From: Faecousia sp.
GTDB taxonomy: Bacteria > Bacillota > Clostridia > Oscillospirales > Oscillospiraceae
NCBI GenBank assembly: GCA_051867315.1
Contig: JBJDYM010000271.1
Location: 1 to 58,931, forward strand
Reading direction: 5' to 3'
Length of the DNA stretch: 58,931 bases
In this document: positions 8,784 to 17,962 of the stretch, piece by piece
Layout: each line of letters starts with the position of its first letter
How positions within the stretch are numbered: position 1 is the stretch's first letter
Notes under the pieces: model-generated
The model's database searches: none
Told to the model about the DNA's origin: nothing
The model's input: the letters and a program-made list of their open reading frames with translations, nothing else
Translations under genes and position numbers: made by a program

Positions 8784-8813
8784 AGTATACCACACTCTGC
8801 GCGGTGCGGGCAA
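8784..8813 (-). promoter_or_regulatory. Candidate sigmaA-type promoter of the hflX operon
   Basis: TTGCCC-18 nt-TATACT with TGTGG extended -10. Confidence 0.55.
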
Positions 8814-8826
8814 GACAAAAGGAAAT

Positions 8827-8868
8827 AAAAAAAGAAAAGTCCGCACCACGCAAACGTAGTGCGGACTT
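8827..8868 (-). terminator. Intrinsic terminator of rpmE
   Basis: AAGTCCGCACtacg/cgtgGTGCGGACTT hairpin followed by a U-rich tract on the minus strand. Confidence 0.85.
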
Positions 8869-8873
8869 CGATC

Positions 8874-9074
8874 TTACTTCAGGCCAAAACGCTTGTTGAA
8901 GCGATCAACACGTCCACCGGTGTCAACCAGCTTCTGCTTGCCGGTATAGAAAGGGTGGCACTTGGAGCAGATCTCAACACGAATGTCCTTCTTGGTGGAG
9001 CCGGTCGTAAAGACGTTGCCACAAGCACAGCGAATCGTGGTCTGTTCATATTTGGGGTGGATACCTTCCTTCAT
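8874..9074 (-). CDS. rpmE: 50S ribosomal protein L31, zinc-binding type
   Basis: [13 protein letters not shown]...[10 protein letters not shown] and [12 protein letters not shown] motifs. GAGGTG RBS. Confidence 0.98.
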   Translation of the reverse strand: MKEGIHPKYEQTTIRCACGNVFTTGSTKKDIRVEICSKCHPFYTGKQKLVDTGGRVDRFNKRFGLK

Positions 9075-9139
9075 TTCGTTCACCTCTTTCTTATCAGTTA
9101 AAGGGCAGAAATGCCCCAGCAATCTTTAATCGCCCGGCT

Positions 9140-9168
9140 ATCATATCACACCCGGGGACAGAATGCAA
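9140..9168 (-). promoter_or_regulatory. Candidate sigmaA-type promoter of rpmE
   Basis: TTGCAT-17 nt-TATGAT with TGTGA extended -10. Confidence 0.7.
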
Positions 9169-9196
9169 GTGTTTTTTCAAAAATTTCTGTTTTTTC

Positions 9197-10420
9197 TTAA
9201 AAAGCCCAGTTGCCGCCCCGGAAAATGGGAACCACGCGGCCGTCAGCGCAGGTGGCGTCGATGTCCATGCTGTCGCAGCCGATCATGAAATCCTCATGGA
9301 TCATGGAATCGTTGATGCCCAGCTCCCGGCATTCCTCCAGGGTTTTGTTCTGGAAATCCTGAATCGTGTCGGCAAAGCCCATACCCAAAGCCAGGTGGCA
9401 GGCGGCATTTTCATCAAACAGGGTGTTGTAAAACAGAATGCCGCTTTCGGAAATGGGGCTGGCCTGGGGCACCAGAGCGCACTCGCCCAGGTAGGCAGCG
9501 CCCTCGTCCATTTCGATCATGGTTTTCAGCAGCTCCTCACCCTTTTCGGCGTGAACCTCCACTGCCTTTCCGTTTTCAAAGCGGATGGAGAAATTCTCAA
9601 TCAGCTGCCCCCGGTAGGACAGAGGCTTGGTGGAGTAGACGATACCCTCCGCCTCGCCGCGCTTGGGAGAAATGAAGCATTCCTCCGTGGGAATATTGGG
9701 ATTGAAAAAGACATTTTGCAGACTGGTCTCCCCGCCGCCGCAGAACCGGCCCTGCTCGATCATGCCCACCGTGAAATCGGTACCGTTATCCGCAGTGTAA
9801 TGCAGAGAACGAATGTGCAGATCATTGAGATACCGGCACCGGGCAGCCAGATCCTCGTTGTGCTGTTTCCAGGCCGCAACAGGATCTTCATTGACCCGGG
9901 AGGTGAAAAGAATGGCTTCCCACAGCTTTTCAATGGCGGTGCTGGTCCTCATGCCGGGGAAAACCTTTTTCGCCCAGGCGGCGCCGGGAACGGCGGCAAT
10001 ACACCACTGCTCCTTGTTTTCACGACGGTCAACATAGGGCTTGAGAATGGGGTATCTCATTCTGTTTGCTTTGGTCACCTTGTCCATGTTGATCCCCTTC
10101 ATACCGTCGGGGTCCTCGGAAACCAGATGAATACGGGCAGGAAGCGTTTCGCAGTAGTATTCCTGCCGGGCTTTTTCCCACTCCTTCACGGTGCCCAAGT
10201 TTTTGACGGAACGGTAGCGGTAGTGAATCTTGTCCAGCGGCTGATAGCTCCACTGGACGTTGACCTCGGCGGCCTTGGCCTTGTAAGCCTCTTCCACCAC
10301 CATCTGAACAAACTCAGGCTGGTCCAGGTCGGCGTAAATATTCACAACCTGGCCCTTCTGCACGTTTGCGCCGCAGCGGACAATCAGATTGGCATATTTG
10401 CGCAGGGTCGTTTTATTCAT
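9197..10420 (-). CDS. Aminopeptidase, M29 (AmpS/AmpT) family
   Basis: PNIPTEECF, LGECALV, YNTLFDENAACHLALG and SMIHEDFMIG metal-ligand motifs. Confidence 0.95.
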   Translation of the reverse strand: MNKTTLRKYANLIVRCGANVQKGQVVNIYADLDQPEFVQMVVEEAYKAKAAEVNVQWSYQPLDKIHYRYRSVKNLGTVKEWEKARQEYYCETLPARIHLVSEDPDGMKGINMDKVTKANRMRYPILKPYVDRRENKEQWCIAAVPGAAWAKKVFPGMRTSTAIEKLWEAILFTSRVNEDPVAAWKQHNEDLAARCRYLNDLHIRSLHYTADNGTDFTVGMIEQGRFCGGGETSLQNVFFNPNIPTEECFISPKRGEAEGIVYSTKPLSYRGQLIENFSIRFENGKAVEVHAEKGEELLKTMIEMDEGAAYLGECALVPQASPISESGILFYNTLFDENAACHLALGMGFADTIQDFQNKTLEECRELGINDSMIHEDFMIGCDSMDIDATCADGRVVPIFRGGNWAF

Positions 10421-10449
10421 GTTTTACAGCTCCTTTTCTGTTTTTACGT

Positions 10450-10513
10450 ATCGTATCAGATTTTATCCAAAAGGTCAATCAATATTGCATTTTCGGAAGA
10501 AATATTATATAAT
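10450..10513. promoter_or_regulatory. Back-to-back sigmaA-type promoters (aminopeptidase and Hcy-methyltransferase operon)
   Basis: Minus strand TTGACC-17-TACGAT (10478..10450). Plus strand TTGCAT-17-TATAAT (10485..10513). Confidence 0.7.
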
Positions 10514-10559
10514 GGCTCCGTTACGCAAAGACACTTGTCCACAAAGACGGAGGGAATCT

Positions 10560-11435
10560 ATGTTAACCAAACAGGAATTTCGCCAATATCTATCTCAGGG
10601 GACTCATTTTCTGGACGGCGCCACCGGCTCCAATCTGCGCAATGCCGGAATGCCCAAGGGCTGCTGCACCGAGGCATGGGTTCTGGAAAATCCGGAGCCG
10701 TTGGTCCAGCTCCAGCGGGGATATGCCAACGCAGGCTCCCAAATCATCTACGCCCCCACCTTCCAGGCCCAGCCCATTGCGCTGAAAACGGTTGGCATGG
10801 AGAAGCAGACCGAGAAAATCAATGAAGCTCTGGTGGCATTAAGCCGCTCTGCGGCCCCGGAGTGTCTGATTGCCGGAGACCTGACCACGCTGGCCACGTT
10901 TTGTGAAAGTTGGAATCCGGACTGCTTTGATGAGCTGGTGGAAAACTATCGCCGCCAGATTCACGGTCTGATGGAGGGCGGTGCGGATCTGCTGGTGGGT
11001 GAAACCCTGCTCTACCCCCAGGAGGCGGAGGCCATCCTGACCGCCGCAGAGCTGGAATGCGCCGGCGCGGTGATGTTCTCGTTTACCATGCAGGCGGACG
11101 GTTCCCTGTTTTCCGGTGCGGATGCGGGAAAGGTGCTGCACGAATTGGAGGAAGCAGGGGCGAACGCGGTAGGCTTCAACTGCGTGGCTGCGGATATGAT
11201 GACCCCTTATTTGGTCAGCAAACTGCGCAGGTACACTTCCCTCCCCCTGATTTGTAAGCCCAACGCAGGGATTCCGGTCATCAACCAGGCGGGCATGGCT
11301 GAGTACAGCCTTTCCCCTGACGAATTTGCCGGAATCATGAAGCAATGTGCAGACAATGGAGCCCTCCTGCTGGGCGGCTGCTGCGGCACCACGCCCGACT
11401 TTATCGCGACAGTAAAGCGGGAATTGGGGAAATAA
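10560..11435 (+). CDS. Homocysteine S-methyltransferase family protein (stand-alone Hcy-binding domain)
   Basis: FLDGATGS, GFNC, KPNAGIP and LLGGCCGTTP (Zn-ligand Cys) motifs. ATG 10560 behind GGAGGG. Confidence 0.92.
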   Translation: MLTKQEFRQYLSQGTHFLDGATGSNLRNAGMPKGCCTEAWVLENPEPLVQLQRGYANAGSQIIYAPTFQAQPIALKTVGMEKQTEKINEALVALSRSAAPECLIAGDLTTLATFCESWNPDCFDELVENYRRQIHGLMEGGADLLVGETLLYPQEAEAILTAAELECAGAVMFSFTMQADGSLFSGADAGKVLHELEEAGANAVGFNCVAADMMTPYLVSKLRRYTSLPLICKPNAGIPVINQAGMAEYSLSPDEFAGIMKQCADNGALLLGGCCGTTPDFIATVKRELGK

Positions 11436-11453
11436 CGGATCGGGGAGAAAGAG

Positions 11454-12872
11454 ATGGAAAACAGGATTCATTTATTTGTCAATAAGAAAAATGTGTTCAC
11501 CTGGCTGATGGCGCTTTGTCTTGCGTATTCCGCCGTGGCAAGAATCGTTGTTTTCGGCTTTACGAAGCATGCGGGGACCGTGGGCCTATGGGGACAGATC
11601 GTGCTTCCCGTGGCAGCGACGGTATTGTACCTTGCAATTGTGCTGATGGACGGTACGGAGTGCTTTTATAAAACGTCGATTCCCGTCTGCATGATGGCTC
11701 TTTACTGCGCCATTTGCGTGGCCGGCAGCGTGCAGGGGAAGCTCTATATTTGGCTTTTCTGGATCGCGCTGGTTTTTCTTTCCCTGGTGTATGCGGAAAT
11801 CGTCTCCGGCAGCCGCCAAAAATGGGTCTGGTTTCTGCCTTTCCTGATTTTTTCCGCGTTGGTCATTGTTGTATACAACAATAAGCACATCCTGCTTTCA
11901 AGGAACTGGGACGGCCTCGTGCGCATCCATTCGGACCTTCTGGCCATAGTTGGATGCCTGTTTGTGACTTTTGCGGTCCGGATTCATCCTGCGGGGCAAT
12001 ACCACCGCAGATGGGGCGACCGCTGCGACGGACGGAGAATCCGCACCCTCAGCGCCATGGACCAGGTCTCCCCTTATATCATGGTCACCCGCAATACGTC
12101 CACCAATTCCTTTGAGGAAGCCTTTGAAATCAACAATGTGGACCGCTACATCCGGCAGAAGCGCCGGGAGGGCCTGATCAATTTCGGTATCATGCATGTT
12201 TTCCTGGCAAGCTATTGCCGGACCCTGGCCAAATATCCGGGGCTGAACCGTTTTATCTCCGGCCAAAAGGTCTATTCCCGGGGTGAGGATATCCAGTTCT
12301 GCCTGACCATTAAAAAAGAAATGAGCACCAATGCGCCCGAAACCGTGATCAAGGTGCACCTGTCCCCGAAGGATACCGCTTATGATGTCTACAACAAGCT
12401 GAACGCGGAAATTGAGAAAGCAAAAAACACCCCTTTGGATTCGGGCTTCGACAATACGGCCCACGCTCTGATGCTGGTACCCGGCGTATTCCTGAAATTC
12501 CTGGTCTGGTGCCTGAAGACCATGGATTATTTCGGACTTCTGCCGAAATTCCTTTTGGAGGTCAGCCCCTTCCATGGCAGCATTTTCTTCACCTCCATGG
12601 GCAGCCTGGGTATTCCTCCCATCTACCATCATCTTTATGATTTCGGCAACCTGCCTGTTTTCGGCTCCTTTGGCTGCAAGAGAAAGGCGGTCGAGGTGCT
12701 GGAGGACGGCACCGTTGTGGAGCGGAAATATGTGGATTTCAAGTTCACCCTGGACGAGCGGATCGTGGACGGCTACTACTACGCCACGTTCTTCAAGCAT
12801 TTTAAGCGGGTGATTGCAAGACCGGAGGTGCTGGACAATCCTCCGGAGGAAATCAAGGCCGACATTGACTGA
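11454..12872 (+). CDS. Multi-pass membrane domain fused to a 2-oxoacid dehydrogenase E2/CAT-like catalytic domain
   Basis: About six hydrophobic segments in residues 1-175, then a soluble domain with FFTSMGSLG and TLDERIVDG (compare E2 DHRxxDG). Confidence 0.75.
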   Translation: MENRIHLFVNKKNVFTWLMALCLAYSAVARIVVFGFTKHAGTVGLWGQIVLPVAATVLYLAIVLMDGTECFYKTSIPVCMMALYCAICVAGSVQGKLYIWLFWIALVFLSLVYAEIVSGSRQKWVWFLPFLIFSALVIVVYNNKHILLSRNWDGLVRIHSDLLAIVGCLFVTFAVRIHPAGQYHRRWGDRCDGRRIRTLSAMDQVSPYIMVTRNTSTNSFEEAFEINNVDRYIRQKRREGLINFGIMHVFLASYCRTLAKYPGLNRFISGQKVYSRGEDIQFCLTIKKEMSTNAPETVIKVHLSPKDTAYDVYNKLNAEIEKAKNTPLDSGFDNTAHALMLVPGVFLKFLVWCLKTMDYFGLLPKFLLEVSPFHGSIFFTSMGSLGIPPIYHHLYDFGNLPVFGSFGCKRKAVEVLEDGTVVERKYVDFKFTLDERIVDGYYYATFFKHFKRVIARPEVLDNPPEEIKADID

Positions 12873-12881
12873 GGAAACGCT

Positions 12882-13679
12882 ATGCTGCATGAAATACTGA
12901 AAAACCTATCCGGGGACAATCCCTGGCGGGAGCAGATCCAGTTCTTTGATACCATCACTTCCACCAACGATGTGCTGAAGCAGATGGCGATTCAGGGCGC
13001 GCCCCAGGGCACGGTTCTGGTGGCGGACAGCCAAACCGGGGGAAGGGGCCGTCTGGGCAGGACCTTCCTCTCCCCTTCCGGGGTCGGCATTTACTTGAGC
13101 GTTCTGCTGCGGCCAAGCTGTATGCCCACGGAGCTGATGCACTTGACCTGTGCCTGCGCCAGTGCGGCCTGTACTGCAATCGAAAACGCGGCGGGATTTC
13201 GTCCCGGGGTGAAATGGACCAACGACATTGTGTACCGGAAGAGAAAGCTGGCCGGAATCTTAACGGAGCTGGGACTGAACCAGGACGGAAGTACTGCCTA
13301 TGCCATCATTGGCATCGGCATCAATTGCACCCAGCAGCCGGAGGATTTTCCACCGGCCATCCGGGAGATTGCAGGTTCTCTGAAAATGGTTTCCGGGCGG
13401 GAGGTTCATCGGGCCCAGGTGGCAGCGAAGATGATCGATGCCTTTTATGATATGAACCGGTTGCTTCTGACAAACAAATCCCAAATCATTGCCCGTTACC
13501 GCCGGGACTGCATCACCCTTGGGCAGGAGGTAAGCCTGGTCAAAGGCGAAGAGGTCCGCCATGGGAGGGCGCTGGATGTGGATGAGGAAGGCGCACTGGT
13601 TGTGAAATATCAGGACGGAACGGTGGAAACGGTCAATTCCGGAGAAGTCAGTGTCCGGGGACTGTACAATTACCTGTAA
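12882..13679 (+). CDS. birA: Biotin-protein ligase without N-terminal HTH repressor domain
   Basis: STND, QTGGRGRLGRTF, KWTNDI, KLAGILTE and GIGIN motifs. Confidence 0.93.
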   Translation: MLHEILKNLSGDNPWREQIQFFDTITSTNDVLKQMAIQGAPQGTVLVADSQTGGRGRLGRTFLSPSGVGIYLSVLLRPSCMPTELMHLTCACASAACTAIENAAGFRPGVKWTNDIVYRKRKLAGILTELGLNQDGSTAYAIIGIGINCTQQPEDFPPAIREIAGSLKMVSGREVHRAQVAAKMIDAFYDMNRLLLTNKSQIIARYRRDCITLGQEVSLVKGEEVRHGRALDVDEEGALVVKYQDGTVETVNSGEVSVRGLYNYL

Positions 13680-13714
13680 TTTCGGCCGGACATGCATAAT
13701 TTGCAAATTCCATG

Positions 13715-13743
13715 TTGCATTTTTTGCTGTAATTGGGTATACT
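13715..13743 (+). promoter_or_regulatory. Candidate sigmaA-type promoter
   Basis: TTGCAT-17 nt-TATACT upstream of a GAGGAGGT RBS. Confidence 0.7.
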
Positions 13744-13781
13744 ATTTCCGTTAGATAAAATCCAATGAGGAGGTTTATTCC

Positions 13782-14105
13782 ATGAAGTTCAATACCATTG
13801 TGAAAATCGTTACTGCTCTTGCCGCCGCCGTCGGCGCTGTTTACATCGTCGCCACCTTTGGCGATAAGATTGTTGCGTGGGCAAAGGGAATCATGGGCGG
13901 CTGCTGCCCCGAGCATGTGGTGGATGTGCCTGCTGCCCCCAAAGTCCCTGCTGAAGAGGCTGCCCCTGCCGAGGAGCCTGCACAGGAAGAAGTGCCTGCT
14001 GCTGAGGAAGCTGCTCAGGAGCCCGCCGCCGAGGAAGCCGCACCGGAGGCTGTCCTGGCAGATGATGCCATTCCCGTTGCCGATGAAGAGGATTTTGAGG
14101 GCTAA
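13782..14105 (+). CDS. Hypothetical small membrane-anchored protein with acidic Ala/Glu/Pro-rich tail
   Basis: Strong RBS, own promoter and terminator. N-terminal hydrophobic helix and EEAAPAEEPAQ/EEVPAAEEAAQ repeats. Confidence 0.8.
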   Translation: MKFNTIVKIVTALAAAVGAVYIVATFGDKIVAWAKGIMGGCCPEHVVDVPAAPKVPAEEAAPAEEPAQEEVPAAEEAAQEPAAEEAAPEAVLADDAIPVADEEDFEG

Positions 14106-14132
14106 TGCTCCTCTCTCCGCAAAAAAGAACTT

Positions 14133-14166
14133 GGAGGCCACCCGTCACTGGGCGGCCTCCTTTTTT
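14133..14166. terminator. Intrinsic terminator between the small protein gene and convergent pepT
   Basis: GGAGGCC...GGCCTCC hairpin followed by TTTTTT, with an A-run upstream. Confidence 0.8.
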
Positions 14167-14178
14167 GCGATTATTCCC

Positions 14179-15384
14179 TTAAAAATCCCGGAGAATGTGC
14201 TCCAGCATGTCCACACAGGCTTCCATATCCTCCACAGGTATAAATTCAAACCGCCCGTGGTAGTTTTCTCCGCCGGTACACAGGTTGGGACAAGGCAGTC
14301 CCTCGAAGGACAGTCGGGCGCCGTCGGTACCGCCCCGAATGGGCACTTCCTCCGGCTCCATACCCGCCGCCCTCATGGCCGCTTTGGCCCGCTCCACGAT
14401 GTGCATGTGGGGTTCGATGCACGTTCTCATGTTGAAATAGCTGTCCTTGATGGTGAGTTCCAAAGTACCTTCGCCGTATTTGCGGTTGATGAAGTCTGCC
14501 GCAGCAGCCATCAGGGCCTTTTTCTGTTCAAATTTCCCCATGTCGTGATCCCGGATGATATAGTCCAGGCGGCTCTCTTCCACCTCTCCCTCCATGTGCA
14601 GCAGATGGATGAAGCCCTCATAACCGTCGGTATATTCCGGCTTCTGGGCAGCGGGCAGCAGGTTCTGGAATTCCATGGCCAGATACATGGAATTGACCAT
14701 TTTGCCTTTGGCGGAGCCGGGGTGAATGTTCAGGCCGTGGAACACTGCTTTGGCGCTGGCGGCGTTGAAATTCTCGTATTCAATGCAGCCAACGGTCCCT
14801 CCGTCGGCGGTGTAGGCATAGTCCGCCCCAAAGCCTTTCACATCGAACAGGTCAGCGCCCCGGCCGATTTCCTCGTCGGGGGTAAACCCAATTTTTAAAG
14901 TGGCATGTCTGCCGCCGCCTGTAATCAAGCGCTCCGCAGCAGTCATGATTTCAGCAATTCCGGCTTTGTCATCGGCACCCAGCAGAGTAGTACCGTCGGT
15001 GACAATCAAATGCTTGCCCCGGCTGTTTTTCAGAATGGGATAATCCGCCTCCCGGAGATAGATACCCTTCCCGGGATTGAGAAGAAGGTCGGAGCCGTCA
15101 TACTCCAGGATCTTGGCTTTGACATTTGTGCCGGAAGCATCCGGTGAGGTATCCATGTGGGCAATCAGGCCAATGGTGGGCAGGGCTTTATCCCCCGGCA
15201 CGGTGCCATAGACATAGCCATGCTGGTCCATACGGGCATCTGAAATGCCCATTTCCCTCATTTCCTCCACCAGGGCGGTGCCCAGCTCCTTTTGCTTCGA
15301 TGTGGAGGGACAGGTTTCGGATGATTCATCGGATTGGGTATCAAAGGAAACATAGCGCAGGAAGCGTTCGGTAACGGTTTTCAT
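14179..15384 (-). CDS. pepT: Peptidase T (tripeptidase)
   Basis: ERFLRYV, AHMDTS, LLGADDKAG, FTPDEEIGRGA and IRGGTDG motifs. Confidence 0.97.
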   Translation of the reverse strand: MKTVTERFLRYVSFDTQSDESSETCPSTSKQKELGTALVEEMREMGISDARMDQHGYVYGTVPGDKALPTIGLIAHMDTSPDASGTNVKAKILEYDGSDLLLNPGKGIYLREADYPILKNSRGKHLIVTDGTTLLGADDKAGIAEIMTAAERLITGGGRHATLKIGFTPDEEIGRGADLFDVKGFGADYAYTADGGTVGCIEYENFNAASAKAVFHGLNIHPGSAKGKMVNSMYLAMEFQNLLPAAQKPEYTDGYEGFIHLLHMEGEVEESRLDYIIRDHDMGKFEQKKALMAAAADFINRKYGEGTLELTIKDSYFNMRTCIEPHMHIVERAKAAMRAAGMEPEEVPIRGGTDGARLSFEGLPCPNLCTGGENYHGRFEFIPVEDMEACVDMLEHILRDF

Positions 15385-15400
15385 TCGGTTCACTCCTTAC

Positions 15401-15429
15401 AAAAGAGCCGCCGCAAAAAGCGGCGGCTC
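15401..15429 (-). terminator. Intrinsic terminator of ackA
   Basis: GAGCCGCCGC/GCGGCGGCTC perfect stem followed by TTTT on the minus strand. Confidence 0.75.
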
Positions 15430-15444
15430 CCATCAAACGGATTT

Positions 15445-16638
15445 TTACTTCCGGGCAGCGTTCACCAGCTCGGCAGTATCCTGAGCGATCATCAGCTCTT
15501 CGTTGGTGGGGATAACCCAAACCTGAACGGCGGAATCCTCGGTGGAAATCTTCATCTCCTGGCCGCGGATCTTGTTCTTTTCGGGGTCGATCTTCACACC
15601 CATGAAGCCCAGGTAGGAGCAGATAGCCGCACGGGCATCGGCGTCGTTCTCACCCACACCGGCGGTGAAGGTCAGCATGTCGATGCCGTTCAGGGCAGCG
15701 GTATAGGCGCCCACATACTTGGCGACTTCATAATAGAACTTCTCCAGGGCCAGCTTGCAGTCCTCGTTGCCGGATTCCGCACCTGCAGTCAGGTCACGGA
15801 AGTCGGAGGAAACGCCGGACAGGGCCAGCACACCGGACTTCTTGTTCAGCATGGTCAGGCAGTCGTCCACGCTCATGCCGTACTTGTTGCAGATGAACTG
15901 CACCACGCAGGCGTCGATGTCACCGGAACGGGTGCCCATGGGCACACCGGCCAGAGGAGACAGGCCCATGGAGGTATCCTGGCACTTGCCGTCCTTCACG
16001 GCGGACAGGGAGGAACCGTTGCCCAGATGGCAGTTGACCATCTTGAAGTTCTTGGTGCCCATCAGCTCAGCAGCCCGGCGGGCGATATACTTGTGGGAGG
16101 TACCGTGGAAGCCATAGCGGCGGATGTCATCGTTCTTGTAGTATTCCGTGGGGATGGCATAACGGTAGGCCTTGGGAGGCATGGTCATGTGGAAGGCGGT
16201 ATCGAACACGGCAACCTGGGGGGTATTGGGCATGACCGCCTGGCAGGCACGGATGCCCATCAGGTTGGCGGGGTTATGCAGGGGGCCGAGCGGGATGCAC
16301 GCTTCGATGGCCTCGATGCAGGCATCGTCAATGATGCAGGAATCGGAGAACTTCATGCCGCCATGCAGCACACGGTGGCCGACGGCATCAATCTCGTCCA
16401 CGGACTTAATCACACCGTCCACAGGGTCGACCAGAATCTCCAGCACAGCCTGGATGGCCTCGGAATGGGTGGGCATGGGGATGTCCTTCACGACTTTCTT
16501 GTCGCCCACCTTGTGGGTCAGGCGGCCGTCGATGTAGATGCGCTCGCACAGGCCCTTGGCGGACACATCACCGGTTTCCGGATTCATCAGCTGATACTTC
16601 AGAGAAGAGCTGCCGGCATTGATAACCAGAACATTCAT
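15445..16638 (-). CDS. ackA: Acetate kinase
   Basis: VINAGSSSLKY, GHRVLHGG, PLHNPAN, RYGFHGTSH and IPTNEEL motifs. Confidence 0.98.
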   Translation of the reverse strand: MNVLVINAGSSSLKYQLMNPETGDVSAKGLCERIYIDGRLTHKVGDKKVVKDIPMPTHSEAIQAVLEILVDPVDGVIKSVDEIDAVGHRVLHGGMKFSDSCIIDDACIEAIEACIPLGPLHNPANLMGIRACQAVMPNTPQVAVFDTAFHMTMPPKAYRYAIPTEYYKNDDIRRYGFHGTSHKYIARRAAELMGTKNFKMVNCHLGNGSSLSAVKDGKCQDTSMGLSPLAGVPMGTRSGDIDACVVQFICNKYGMSVDDCLTMLNKKSGVLALSGVSSDFRDLTAGAESGNEDCKLALEKFYYEVAKYVGAYTAALNGIDMLTFTAGVGENDADARAAICSYLGFMGVKIDPEKNKIRGQEMKISTEDSAVQVWVIPTNEELMIAQDTAELVNAARK

Positions 16639-16685
16639 TGGAATTGCCTCCTAAATAATTAGATATTTCTTTTTTGCAGAAAATA

Positions 16686-16739
16686 TGGTATGATTTCCAT
16701 AGCTGGAGATATTATAGTCTATCTTTTCGGTTTTCTCAA
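16686..16739. promoter_or_regulatory. Face-to-face promoter candidates for ackA and tmcAL
   Basis: Minus strand TTGAGA-17-TATAAT (16739..16711). Plus strand extended -10 TGgTATGAT (16686..16694) with a poor -35. Confidence 0.55.
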
Positions 16740-16778
16740 CCCCCAATTCTGAAAAATTTTGCCAAAGGAGGATTTTTC

Positions 16779-17912
16779 TTGAAGACCGTTGGAATTATCT
16801 GCGAATACAATCCCTTCCACAACGGCCACCGGCGGCAAATTGAGCTGATTCGTGCAAAATACGGAGAAGACTGCACGGTGGTATGCCTGATGAGCGGAAA
16901 TTACGTGCAGCGGGGCGCACCGGCCATTGTGGACAAATCCATCCGGGCCCGGGCGGCGGTGCTGTCCGGTGCGGATCTGGTGCTGGAGCTTCCCATCTCT
17001 ATTGCCCTTTCCTCAGCGGAAGGGTTCGCCGCCGGAGGTGTGCGCATTCTTTCCGGATTCTGTGATGCACTCTGCTTCGGCACCGAGACGATGGCGGAGG
17101 CAGAGCTTTCCCGGACGGCGGAGGTGCTGCTGAGTCCGCAGTTTCCGGAACTTTTAAAAAAGGAATTATCCTCCGGCTACTCCTTCCCTGCTGCCCGGCA
17201 AGCGGCCCTTTCCCAAATGGGAGTATCCGCGCAGCTGACCACCCCCAACGATATTCTGGGCGTGGAATACACCAAGGCGATTCTGTCCCAGCATTCCAAT
17301 ATGTCCATTTTCCCCATCTTCCGGGAAGGCTCCTATCACAGCCAGGCCCTGGATGCCCATGCGCCGTCGGCAACGGCCCTTCGCAAAGCCCTGCTTTCCG
17401 GGGAGGATTGGGCGTACGCCGTACCGGAGGCCACGGTTTCCCTGCTGCAAAACGCGCCGCTGCATACCCTGGAGGCGGGTGAGCGTGCAATAATTGCACG
17501 GCTTCGCTCCATGACCGACGAGGAATTTGAACGCCTGCCCTATGGCTCCGAGGGACTTTGGCGCAAGCTGATGAAGGCCGCCCGCAGCAGGAGCGATCTA
17601 TCCTCCATCATCGCTGCCACCAAATCCAAACGCTACACCCGGACGAGAATTGACCGAATGATCCTCTGTGCTTTCCTTGGATTAAGCGAACAGGATTTGG
17701 GTCTGGTTCCCCCACAGGTTCGCGTCCTGGCATTTACAGATCGGGGGCGGTCGGTTCTGCGGGCGCATTCCTGCTTCTGCAATGCAGGAGAAGCGGTGGA
17801 TGAAGCCGAAAAGCGCATCGGAAGCCTCTATGGTCTGTTCTGCACCGGTGGAATGGAAGCTCCTGACGCAGAGGAAAACCGGCGTATTTTTTACCAAAAG
17901 CAAACACCATAA
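16779..17912 (+). CDS. tmcAL: tRNA(Met) cytidine acetate ligase TmcAL (YlbM, HIGH nucleotidyltransferase)
   Basis: GIICEYNPFHNGH, MSGNYVQRG, PNDILGVEY and KSKRYTRTRIDR motifs. TTG start behind AAGGAGG. Confidence 0.92.
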   Translation: MKTVGIICEYNPFHNGHRRQIELIRAKYGEDCTVVCLMSGNYVQRGAPAIVDKSIRARAAVLSGADLVLELPISIALSSAEGFAAGGVRILSGFCDALCFGTETMAEAELSRTAEVLLSPQFPELLKKELSSGYSFPAARQAALSQMGVSAQLTTPNDILGVEYTKAILSQHSNMSIFPIFREGSYHSQALDAHAPSATALRKALLSGEDWAYAVPEATVSLLQNAPLHTLEAGERAIIARLRSMTDEEFERLPYGSEGLWRKLMKAARSRSDLSSIIAATKSKRYTRTRIDRMILCAFLGLSEQDLGLVPPQVRVLAFTDRGRSVLRAHSCFCNAGEAVDEAEKRIGSLYGLFCTGGMEAPDAEENRRIFYQKQTP

Positions 17913-17952
17913 AAAATCCAGCCGGTTCACGTTTGAAGTGATTCCGGCTGGA
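17911..17952. terminator. Hairpin between convergent tmcAL and nrdD
   Basis: TCCAGCCGG...CCGGCTGGA stem with a U tract on the minus strand. Confidence 0.7.
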
Positions 17953-17962
17953 AATACTTTAA

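Noticed and set aside
13940-14050. Short degenerate repeats as a possible CRISPR array or VNTR
   Set aside because: They are in-frame coding repeats of an E/A/P-rich tail, not identical repeats with spacers.
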